Below are positions 25,324 through 37,660 of a stretch of DNA of 64,000 nt, piece after piece. The first letter of the stretch is position 1; every line of letters starts with the position of its first letter. A model generated the notes under the pieces. It was given only the letters and a program-made list of their open reading frames with translations, made no database searches and had not been told where the DNA came from. The DNA comes from Octopus sinensis (taxonomy: Eukaryota). A program made the translations under genes and the position numbers. The stretch spans positions 80,414,001 through 80,478,000 of the forward strand of contig NC_043004.1 of NCBI RefSeq assembly GCF_006345805.1, read 5' to 3'.

Positions 25324-26479
25324 GAGTGAACCCTTCAAGGCAGTGTCCAGGTTTGGACCGTTGTCCAATGACTAAAACAAGTCAAGGATAAAAGATAAAG
25401 GATGAAAATCAAAGACAATTGGAATGGTCGCTTTCGATCAAGCAGTTGATGGCATGTTCCATCGTTGGAACGCTTTTGATCACCGATGACTCGGGGCTAA
25501 ACAACCACATTAAGATAGGTTCTTAAAAAGAAAATGCGTGGAGGCTGCTAACGTTTATATACAACAGCGGTGACGACGCACAAACACGTAGATATGTCAC
25601 GTTGAAACACCAGAACTGTCGTTAATAAAGACCAGAAATATGATATGTATGTGTGTGTGTGTGTGATAAAGGGAAACAGAAGCAAGCAAAAGACAAAAGC
25701 ACTTTTTATCGATTATTGACATTTCCCAGTAAAACAATGGAACAACTCATTGTGTGTGCCGACAGGTGATCCTCTCTTTGACATAAATGTGTGTGTATTT
25801 ATTCATATATACGTTTACACACACACACACACACACACACACAATGCGTGTCTGTGCATATACATACATATATGTATTTATGATGTAATATTTACATATA
25901 GATACGTACACACACATATCCATCACACTCTCTCGCTTCCATATATGTGTGTGCGTGCGTGCGTATAAATAAATGTATCTATATATATATATACACTCTC
26001 TCTCCTCTCTCTCCTCTCTCTTTCGCTCTCTCGTTCGCTCGTTTTCAAACATGTATGCACACATGCATTTATGTGAATATATTTATATACGTTACACATT
26101 TATGTATCCGTGCGTGCACATACACAGACACACGCACTCGCTTTATAAAACCCGTGTTCGTGGTGCTGTCGATATATGCTAAAAACACCTCGATGATGGA
26201 GTGTAATGGCTACAGAGGCATGCATTACTTAAAACGAGGCTCGGCTTTGTTCTGAATAACTGTTCTTGTCAACACAAGTAGCTACCGGAAAACAACTCAT
26301 TTTTCGGCTAGCGTTTCTAGCCAAAGATATCTTCGACAATGCGTCATTCTTGTCACAAACAGAAGCCTTCTTTCTTTCTTTCTTTCTTTCATTCTTTCTT
26401 TCTTTCTCGTTTTTCTTCTTTCTCTCTCCCACTGGTTCACGCCGCAATATGTGTGTGTGTATTTTATGTGTCTCTTTTC

Positions 26480-26510
<31 letters not shown>

Positions 26511-27759
26511 ATATATATTATATATATATATATAATATAATATATATATTATATATATGTATCTGTATATATTGTATATATGTATATACATTTATTTCTT
26601 TTCTTTTTCTCTCGCTACTTTTTCCTTTTTGTTCTCTCTCTCTCTCTCTCTCGCGCGCTCTGCTTCGCGTCAAATATATAGATATATATATATATATAAT
26701 ATATATATATATACACACCTCTTTTCCTCTAATATATATATATATGTGTGTATGTGTGTTTTATGTATGTCTATACTACATACATACATATGTGTGTGTG
26801 TGCGCGCACATACATATATACACGCATTTCCCTTCATCTGAAGAATCCCGTAAAAATAGACATGTATCTATTTTCCTTGGCTTGTTTCTCGGAACGAGTG
26901 ACTGATTCTGCCAATAGAATCATCAGCACCACAAGTAAAGTTGTATCTTCTGAAGGTCTGTTTACACCCCCACCCCCACCCCCCATGACAGACAGCGGCA
27001 CCGAAAGAGAGAGGGGAGAAGAGGGGGATGGAGCTGGGTTTTTTACGGAGGTATCTGTTATCATCCATGATTACATTCGACTTTCCTTTAAAATCTCAAT
27101 CAATATTCAAAAGAAGGTGTTTGTTTCTCTGTTATTCTTCGTCTTGGTTCTGGTTCTACCGTTGGCTTTCGTCTCCTCCCACCCTCTCTCTCTCTCTCTC
27201 TCTCTCTACCGCCTTTTACTGATAGGTACGAGTCACTTAATTACAGCTGCTTCCAAACCTTTGAAAAGTAAACTGAGATGAATGGGAGGAATATATGTCA
27301 AGGCTGAAAGAGATAAATCGCAATGGAGTTTAGCGTTTAATGTAAAACTCCATCTGCCCCGTTCTGATATTCTGTAAATATCTCTTAATTTGTCACAATC
27401 CGTTAAATTTACAGACGGGAGAAGAGAGAGAAGATAAAGAAGAATTGTGACGTTAATGCCTTTCCCAAGTTGGATGTGTAAATTAATGTTTTTTTTTCTT
27501 AATTGTAATCAATTCCGAGAGTAGCGAGTCGACAAGAATTTATTGGTGTCTTATTCTTCTCTCGATTCTTGGAAATGTAATATTGACGTGACTGTTTCCC
27601 ATTTCTTAAGACAGTTTTGGAGGTGGCAGAGTAATCCTGGTCTTTTTGTGTGGTGTTTACCCCTAATTACATAAAGTGGGCTACCCCATTATGTGGGAGT
27701 CTATTCGTTTATTATTCATTTTTTGTAATTTCTATTTATATGTTTTTTTGCTATATCAT

Positions 27760-27860
27760 TTGATGTTGTAGTCTCTCCTTGTTTTGTCAGTTGTATCTCG
27801 TCTCTGATACTGTTCTCCGGGTCTTCGATCCTTGTGGCCAATAAAAGAAATTATTATTAT
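27760..27860 (+). mobile_element. LINE-like 3' end with polyA signal and (ATT)n tail
   Basis: ...GATCCTTGTGGCCAATAAAAGAAATTATTATT; similar ends on the minus strand at about 32815-32980, 41300-41465 and 42365-42480. Confidence 0.5.
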
Positions 27861-28021
27861 TGTTGTTGTTGTTGTTGTTTTCTCAGAGCGTTTGGTCTTG
27901 TTTGCTCTGGTTGGTTCTGTGACAGCGGACAGCATTCTGCCGTCAGAGGTCTCACAGGATCGCTTTCCATACTGTATAAGCTTTGATACCTGGTTGTTAA
28001 TTACTGTTGGGGGCATTCATA

Positions 28022-28225
28022 TTAAGGCGGCGTTAGCGTGCTGGACGAAATGCTTAGCGGTATATCCGCCCGTCGCTACGTTCTTGAGTTCAAATTCCGC
28101 CGAGGTCAGTTTTGCATTTCATCCTTTCGGGGTCGATAAATCAAGTACCAGTTTTGCACTGGGGTCGATATAATCGACTCATCCCCTCTCACAAATTGCT
28201 GCCCTTGTGACAAAATTTGAAACCA
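28022..28225 (+). mobile_element. SINE family A, short-tail form
   Basis: Complete body ending GCCCTTGTGACAAAATTTGAAACC plus (ATT)n. Confidence 0.85.
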
Positions 28226-28234
28226 TTATTATTA

Positions 28235-28277
<43 letters not shown>

Positions 28278-28473
28278 GAACTCTGAAAGGTTTTTTTGAG
28301 CTACAGGTGTTGGATAATGGGAATAGAAAAGGTGGTGCTTCTTGTATGGACTGCTTCTCCACATTCACAGATTATTGGACCCCATCTTGTGTCCCCGATC
28401 AGATCAAAAAATACGGCCAGCAACGCTGGTTATGTCTCGTAACACCATGGAGCTTTACATTAAAGCATAGCTG

Positions 28474-28712
28474 ATGGCGAGCTGGCAGAAACGTTAGCAT
28501 GCCGGGCGAAGTGTTTAGCAGTATTTCGTCTGCCGTTACGTTCTGAGTTCAAATTCCGCCTAGGTCGACTTTACCTTTCATCCTTTCGGGGTCGATAAAT
28601 TAAGTACGAGTTACACACTGGGGTCCATGTAATCGACTTAATCCCTTTGTCTGCCCTTGCTTGTCCTCTCTATGTTTAGCCCCTTCTGGGCAATAAAGAA
28701 ATAAGAAATAGG
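28474..28712 (+). mobile_element. SINE family A, long-tail form
   Basis: Full head and body, then TTTGTCTGCCCTTGCTTGTCCTCTCTATGTTTAGCCCCTTCTGGGCAATAAAGAAATAAGAAAT. Confidence 0.9.
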
Positions 28713-29059
28713 TACTGTCGTGTGGTTCTTAAGAAGTTCTCTTCCTAGCCACATTGGTTCCAGGTTCGGTCTCACGACATGGCATCTCCGATAAGTCTCT
28801 TATGCTCTAACCCTAGGCTGACTTAAAACCTTGTGAATGGATTTGGTATGCGGAAACTGTGCAAAAGTATGGCTATATACAGGTGTTTCTGCGTTTATAT
28901 ACCTTTTTCGATATCCGTTTTCATGACACGTAACTTAGAGGTTTGACAAAAAAGATCGATAAGATAAATACCAAACATCTGTTTTTAAGATTGCAGAAAT
29001 TTTTTGTGTTTAATTTCACGTTACGGTAATTAAATATTTTTGCTTTGAGAATTAGTATT

Positions 29060-29425
29060 AGGCACAGGTGTGGCTGTGTAATTAGCATGCTTACCAACCA
29101 CATGGTTCCGAGTTCAGTCTCAATGCGTTGCACCTTGGGCAAGTGTCTTCTACTATAGCCTCGGGCCGACCAAAGACTTGTGAGTGGAGTTGATAGGCGG
29201 AAACTGAAAGACGCCCGTCGTGTGTGTCTGTCCCCCTCCCCACATCGTTTGACGACCGATGTTGGCGTGTTTACGTCCCCGTGACTTAGCGGTTCGGCAA
29301 AAGAGACCGATAGAGGAAGTACTAGGTTTAAAAAGATTAAGTAGGTCCTGGAGTAGATTTGCTCGACTAAAGGCAGTGCTCCAGCATGGCCGCAGTCAAA
29401 TGACTGAAACAAGCAAAAGAGTAAA
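29060..29425 (+). mobile_element. SINE family B, full length
   Basis: GGCACAGGTGTGGCTGTG...GACTGAAACAAGCAAAAGA. Confidence 0.9.
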
Positions 29426-30030
29426 AGTATAAAAGAATTTTGTTCTTTTGTATAACCAAGAGCTTCGATAAAAACTAAATTACGATTATTCTATGAATAC
29501 CATATTTCCTGCTACTTAGACATGGTGGCCAAAATATACTTCCAAAGTTATCCGTCATGTGACGAATAACAGCCGAGTATAAATGAATATATTTGTTGTT
29601 GTTGTGTGTGTGTTTGTGTGTGCAGTATTTTCTGCTGCTACCCATGGTGGTAAAAGTACCCTTCCGGAGTACCCTTCCGAAGTTACTCGTCATATGACAA
29701 GTAACGCACGCAAGCTATTGTAAGAAAGCGAAAGTCTGATTGCTGAGACTGGGGGCTCTTTTATGTATATGAAGTAGGCAATCTGCACACATATGAGGGC
29801 CTCACTCATAGGAAGTGATTAAGTTGCTCTTGACCTTTGTATACAATAACACCACTTGACCTCCATGTATTGCATACTACTTAAAATATTCGAAAAAAAA
29901 GTCATAACCCTCTTAGAGTTTTTAAATGAATTCGCTACTTCAAATTGATTTTCGTTATCCATAACACCTCTTTCCTCTTAATTGTCGCGATCATTATACT
30001 TGGTTGTTTTAAAACGTTTTTAGGAACTGA

Positions 30031-30083
<53 letters not shown>

Positions 30084-30085
30084 CT

Positions 30086-30806
30086 GAGGTGTCGAGCTGG
30101 CAGAATCATTAGCACGCCGGGCGAAATGCTTAGCTGTATTTCGTCTGCCGTTACGTTCTGAGTTCAAATTCCGCCGAGGTCGACTTTGCCTTTCATCCTT
30201 TCGGGGTCGATAAATTAAGTACCAGTTACGCACTGGGGTCGATGTAATCGACTTAATCCGTTTGTCTGTCCTTGTTTGTCCTCTCTGTGTTTAGCCCCTT
30301 GTGGGTAGTAAAGAAATAGGTATTTCGTCCGTCTTTATGATTTGAGTTCAAATTCCGCCGAAATCCTTTCGGGGTCGATAAATTAAGTACCAGTTACGGA
30401 CTGGAGTCGATGTAGTCGACTTAATTCGTTTGTCTGTCCTTGTTTGTCCTCTCTGTGTTTAGCCCCTTGTGGGTAGTAAAGAAATAGGTATTTCGTATGT
30501 CTTTACGTTCTGAGTTCAAATTCCGCCGAGGTCGACTTTGCCCTTCATCCTTTCGGGGTCGATAAATTAAGTACCAGTTACGGACTGGAGTCGATGTAGC
30601 CGACTTAATTCGTTTGTCTGTCCTTGTTTGTCCTCTCTGTGTTTAGCCCCTTGAGGGTAGTAAAGAAATAGGTATTTCGTCCGTTTTTACGTTCTGAGTT
30701 CATATTTTGCTAGGGTCGACTTCGCCTTTCAACCTTTCGGGGGTCGAAAAACCCTGGAGTCGACGTGATCGACCAGGCCCCTCCCCACAATTTCTGGCCT
30801 TGTACC
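30086..30806 (+). mobile_element. tandem array of SINE family A (long-tail) units
   Basis: Unit GTATTTCGT...AAAGAAATAG restarts at 30136, 30320, 30488 and 30672. Confidence 0.9.
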
Positions 30807-30928
30807 TTCATTATAAATAATTATTATCATTATTATTACACCATTTTTCCCCTAGTTGTTTCCAGTTTCCTACCTGACACAAAAAAAAAAACACAACCAC
30901 AGTCCACCTCGACCACCACCACTATCAT

Positions 30929-30987
<59 letters not shown>

Positions 30988-31389
30988 TAATCTCATTGAA
31001 TATATCTTTGTGATAATGCTATAACTGCCCGAGGTTATGAACAGATAAGTGAGTGAGAAAATATCAGGTGCCGTCATTTGGTTAGAGTGAGGCAGTTGTT
31101 GTTGTTGTCGTTGTTCTTCATCTTGGTGATGGTGGTGGGGGTGAGTGTGGTATTGGTGATTATTATGATGATGACGATCATGATGGTGGTGTTGTGGTTA
31201 ATGTGGTACCGACGGTGTGAGACACTTCATAACGCCATTTACATATACACACATACACGCGCGCGCGCTGGTTCGCGTGCGCGCAAACACATACGTGCGC
31301 GCGCACGCAAATACAGAAAAGTAATTTGCTGGTGAGAATAATTTTGTGGATTATAAATACATTCGTAGATGAGTGTTTCCGTGTATATA

Positions 31390-31888
<499 letters not shown>

Positions 31889-32336
31889 CAGAGTGAGAGA
31901 GGGAGAGAACACAGTCAGACAGAGAAACAGGATAGATAGACAAATACGAATACAGATGGACCAAACGACGAACACAATTGAATTAGCTATCACCTATGTG
32001 GGTGTGACAGAGAGAAATAATGAAATTTGTACGATCATGCGCAGAGCTTCGCCTATCTGGATATGCGCAAGTGCTTTGCCTGTTCTTTAGAAGAGATAAT
32101 TAAAACACACTTAATCTTATTTGCTTGCCCTTTCAACACTTAACACGTCTACCTTGTACTTCTATAGTTTCTGTGCTTTTTACTTTTTTTTTCTCCCTGG
32201 TTTATGTATTTTTGTTTGTTTGTTTGTTTGTTACTTTTTTTTGTGTGTATGTGTTTTCTCCTTTTTTCTGTCAGTCTCTCCTCTCGAGCCTGATAGGGGG
32301 AATTCTGTTAAGACGTTGTGATTAACCTATATATGC

Positions 32337-32402
<66 letters not shown>

Positions 32403-32477
32403 TATATATATGTATATATATAAGTGTATATATATATATATGTGTACGTATATATATGTATACGTGTTATGTGTATA

Positions 32478-32538
<61 letters not shown>

Positions 32539-33288
32539 CTGTATACACATATATATGTATATATATGTATATGTATATATGTGTATATGTGTATAGATAT
32601 ATATATGTATGTATTTATTTATTCATGTATATATATATGTATGTGTATATGTATGTATGTATGTATTTATGTATATATATATGTGTGTATATATATATAT
32701 ATATAGATAGATATACATACGCGCACGCGTACATAATACGTAAATATCGTAATAACAACAACAACAATAATAATAATAATAATAATGATGATGATAGTGA
32801 TAATAATGATAGTGATGATTTCTTTTATTTGCCACCAGGGCGGAGGGTGGAGAGGGGCAGTGGAAAGACAGACTTAACATGTGCGATTTTGCATATAATG
32901 AAATGATAAGAAAAACCCAACTAAACTGGAAGTATACACGGTATACAATAAAACAATGAAGGGAAGTGTACGCAGTATAGGATAATAAAAAAACAAAAAA
33001 GATGGGGGCGAATAATAATAATATTAATAATAAGAACAATAACAATGAAGATAATAATAATAACAACAAATACAAGAGACGAAAAAGAAAAAGGCCTGGT
33101 TTTGTGTGACCTGTGAGAAGAGAAAAAAATATATGAAAAAAGATTGTGAGGGGAATTTTTATCAGAAACGAACTACAGAGTTCAAATGTTCCTCTCCGCC
33201 ACCCCCTCTATCCACATAAATCTCTCTCTATATAAATATATATATATATATATAAATATCTATATATATATATATAAAAATAAATAAA

Positions 33289-33681
33289 TCTCTCTATATA
33301 TAAAGCTGCAGTTGTCTGTGTATGGCAGGTTTGGTAGCCTTCAACTAACACTATCTCCTCCGAGACCCTGCGGTGGAAGTTGAGCAAAACTGAGAGTATG
33401 ATAGAAGAAGGCTTGCTCTTCCTTCCGTAGAAGAAAAAAATCAAATTGGACCATGTTAACACCAAAAATTATTTACATCAAAAAGGTGCTTTTTTGTCTA
33501 TGAAAATCCTTATTTTTTACGATTTTTTGACTGTTGTGTCGCCATTTTTCGGTGTATTTCAACCAGAAAAATGTTCACTTAAAGAGAATAACAAGCTACA
33601 TAATGCACAATTTTTACTTTTCAAAAATTCCAATTCTAAAGGGTCGAAACAAACCCGAGCAACGCCGGGCGATACTGCTAG
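33289..33681 (+). mobile_element. non-autonomous Helitron
   Basis: 5' A|TCTCTCTATATATAAAGCTG; 3' subterminal hairpin CCCGAGCAACGCCGGG followed by CTAG|T; no TSD, A/T target. Confidence 0.8.
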
Positions 33682-36039
33682 TATATGAATAAACTGAAGG
33701 AAAACGGAGCAGGTAGCTGAACACATTGCTGTTATATGTTTCTGTGTGTGTTTATATGTAGACACGCTCACACATACGCATTATGTATATGTGTTCAGAA
33801 TCTGATGAAGGCTAGCAGGTCGAAACTTCGAAATCACTGACGCGCGTGTGGGCACACACATATATGTACGTATGTATGTTTGTATGTATTTATGTGTATG
33901 TGAGTATAGACATAGATAGATAAATAGATAGGTAACTGGATAGATAGATAGATTGATAGACAGATAGACAGATAAATAGTTTGATAGATAAATGGATAGA
34001 TAGCTGGATAGATAGATAGATAGATAGCTGGATAGATAGATAGATAGATAGTTAGATAGATAGACAGACAGACTGACAGACAGATAGACAGACAGACAGA
34101 CAGAGAGATAGATGGAGATGGTTTTTTGCACAGTGGACAGCGAAATTCGAAATAATGACATGCGTATTTATTGTTAATCATAAGAGAGATACGTTCTGAC
34201 AGATTCGAATGTAGATATGCTAATCGCTGGTGAGCTTCGTCTCTCAGGGGAACAGTTTCTCTTTTACGATGAATATCTGTTCATAACACTTTTGATTCAT
34301 AAACACTGGGGATTTTGGAGCACCCGTGTTACGACATGTATTAATACACGCACACGTACATACACGCACACACAGATACAGATATGTACATACATACGTA
34401 GAAGGATACACAAAATTCTCAGCCTTTAAGTCACTTTGTATCTTCTGCCGGTTAAAAATACTTCGTGTGTGTGTGTGTGCGTGTTTAATGTAGCAATCTA
34501 TGCGTATACGTATGGTTACGCATCATCAGCAAAGGAGCATTTTGCCGCGCTCATCCAGTCGACAGAGAGCAGCTTTCCAGCTTCAATCATTGTGGCAAAA
34601 TATTTCTTTGCTGATGTGAAACCAGTGGTATAGACATGCTTCGGTTATTGGACTTGCCATATTTGCGAAAATGCACGCACACACACACACACACACACAC
34701 AAAGGTAAAATGCATATGCGTACAGTTTTGCTATCGTCTCTAAAGATTGCCTTGGGGACAGTAGAATAATGCTTGTGCATCATACGGGTAATGAGATTAT
34801 TGATTTTGGTACATGTGTTTCGAGGTGCTGTCATCGCTTCCTCGTGCCTAATTGGCACCCAAGGTCATTTATTTGCCAAACCAACTTACCATTGCTCTGT
34901 GACTGACTATACATGTGTGTGTGTGTGTGTGGTATCTACATCATAGAAAACCATTCGTGTAGTGTTACATCGAGTTCTCGTATTTTGCTTGTATTATTAA
35001 AATTTATTTTCTGTCGTGTCTTTTTCTTTTTTTACAATTTTTTTTTTGCTCCTGTTCAAATTTTGTAATTTTCTTCTTCTCCTTCTGCTACTGCTGCTGT
35101 TGACATATTGACATAATCAGAAAATTTGGGAGTTTGATATTGTCCAATCAAAATCTGTTATTTCAGATAGAATTTCGTCTTTGTTCTTTTTCTGCTTTCT
35201 TTCGTTATATATTTTAGATGTGTGTGTGTATGAGTGTGTGTTTTCTGTCGAAGACAATCTCATGATTCATGTTTTAAACAGTCGAACATATGACAAGATT
35301 TTTATGACCTTGGAACTGTCACAATGGTTCCAAGAATATCACCAGGAAAATATCTTTCACATTTCTAAGTTAGCAGAAGGGGAGGATGACAAGGTGTGTC
35401 CTCGTTTTCCTTTCCATCTTTTCATTCACTATCATAATCATCATCATCATCACTACCATCACCATTATTATTATTATTATTATTATTGTTATTATCAGTC
35501 GTCGTCATCACCACCACCACCACCACCACCACCATCATCTTCATCATCATTTCCTTTTATTATTCTTTTTTTCTTTCGAATAGAACGCATTCTAATTTCT
35601 TTAACTTCTCCTCACCATATAAAAGACTGCCGAATTATTGTCTTTTCTTTCATATGTTTCGCCGTCTTTATCTTTTAATAGTTTCGTTGCATTTTTCTTT
35701 CAATCTCCTTCGTTTTACTTCATATATTTTTTTTCTTCTCTTCAGCGTATATTTAAGGAAATTAAATGCTGACTTTCAAACAAAACTCTCTCCAAGAGAA
35801 AATTGAATCAATAAGAATTGTCTTTTAGTCAGCAACATACTCTAGTTTTATTAGTTGTCATATTCTTCAATTTGTTCTTCTGATAGAGTTTGTCAAATTC
35901 ATCCGTCGCCCGCCACCATTACTAGTTTCCGCCATTTTAAATCTTTTTCATTTGGTTGTAGTTTTCAGGGAGATTTTTTGCAAGGATTTTTCCCCCTTCT
36001 TTTGTGCAATATTTTATTAGAGACAATAAAGCAAATAAT

Positions 36040-36083
<44 letters not shown>

Positions 36084-36214
36084 CAATGGTAACAATAATA
36101 ATAAGAGGAAGAAGTAATAGTAATAATAACAATAGCGATTACAATACACTACTACTATTACTACTACTACTACTACTAATAATAATAATAATGATTATGA
36201 TTTCAAATTTTTGC

Positions 36215-36495
36215 CACTAAGCATTTCGCCCGGCGTGCTAACGATTCTGCCAGCTCACCGCATTCAGTAATAATAACAATCCCTTCTACTGGAGGCACAA
36301 GGCCTGGAATTTGTGGGGAGAGGACTAGTCGATTACATCGACCCCAGTGTTTCACTGGTACTTAATTTATCGACCCCGCAAAGATGAAAGGCAAAGTCAA
36401 CCTCGGCGAAATTTGAACTCAGAACGTAACGGCAGACGAAATACGGCTACGCATTTTGCCCGGCGTGCTAACGTTTCTGCCAGCTCGCCGCATTC
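36215..36495 (-). mobile_element. SINE family A copy plus an extra head fragment
   Basis: Reverse-complement heads ending TTCTGCCAGCTC at about 36256 and 36487. Confidence 0.85.
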
Positions 36496-36535
<40 letters not shown>

Positions 36536-37144
36536 GATTCTATAAAGTGAAAGTAAACAACAGAAAGAAAAATAAATAATTAAAAAGTGTTACATGTTAA
36601 AATGAAAATATAGTATAGTAATTCTCTTTGTATATTTTAGCCTTGAGAGAAATTTGGGCTACGAGTATTGTTATTGCTAGTATTCCAATAGATCTTTTGT
36701 TCTGCTTATTTACTTCCATAATTATAGCATTTCTTTCTCTTAAGTTAACCTTAACAATAAAACATTTCTCTCGACCGTTGTCTTGTATGGAATACCTTCC
36801 AGCAACAATAACAAGTGATGTAATATAACGAAATTTGGTGGACATGTATGTAAACTAAAGCTTTGTCTAAGGAATTTTTGAATGGAAAACGGTTTTTCTT
36901 GGGGAGAAAAAATAATAAATAAATAAAATGAAATAAAAGATTGAGAAGGGGGGAAAATATTGTTTTTTTTTTTCATGGTAAGCAATTTGAAAGAAGTTTA
37001 TATTCGGATCCAGAACAATTCAATAGCTGTGATGATGATGATGATAAATGAATAAGTAAAATTATTCAAGGTTAGCTCCTATGACTCAGGATTAAACTCG
37101 GTGATGTGAATAATAATGATAATGATGATGATGATAATCCTTTC

Positions 37145-37387
37145 TACAATACGCACAAGGCCTGAAATTTTTCGGAGAGAGGGTAAGTCGATCACATCGA
37201 CCCCCCCCCTACTTCACTGGTATTTAATTCATCCTCCCCGAAAGGATGTATGGCAAAGTCGACCTCGGCGGAATTTGAACACAAGGACGTAAAACCGGAA
37301 TAATTACCGCTGAGCATATTTCCGGCATGGTAACTTTTCTGCCAGTTCGCCTCCCTAATAATAATAGTGATGATGATAATAATAATG

Positions 37388-37435
<48 letters not shown>

Positions 37436-37660
37436 GTAATAATAATCCTTTCTACCGGAAGCACAAGGCTTCAACTTTGGGGTAAGGGATTAAGTCAATT
37501 ACATCAACCCCAGTGTGTAACTGGTACTTATTTAATCGACTCCAAAAGGATGAAAGGCAAAGTCATCCTCGGCGGAATTTGAACTCAGAACGTAGCGGCA
37601 GACGAAATACGGCTGCGCATTTCGCCCGGCGTGCTAACGTTTCTGCCAGCTCGTCGCCTT
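37145..37660 (-). mobile_element. two SINE family A copies separated by (AAT)n
   Basis: Reverse-complement bodies at about 37145-37355 and 37450-37660. Confidence 0.85.

Noticed and set aside
26748-27281. 177-aa ORF containing a PPPPPP stretch
   Set aside because: Starts in a microsatellite, no convincing splice sites, and the proline run is a simple C-rich repeat
30136-30770. CRISPR-like regular repeats
   Set aside because: The units are SINE bodies without unique spacers, and the context is eukaryotic with no cas genes
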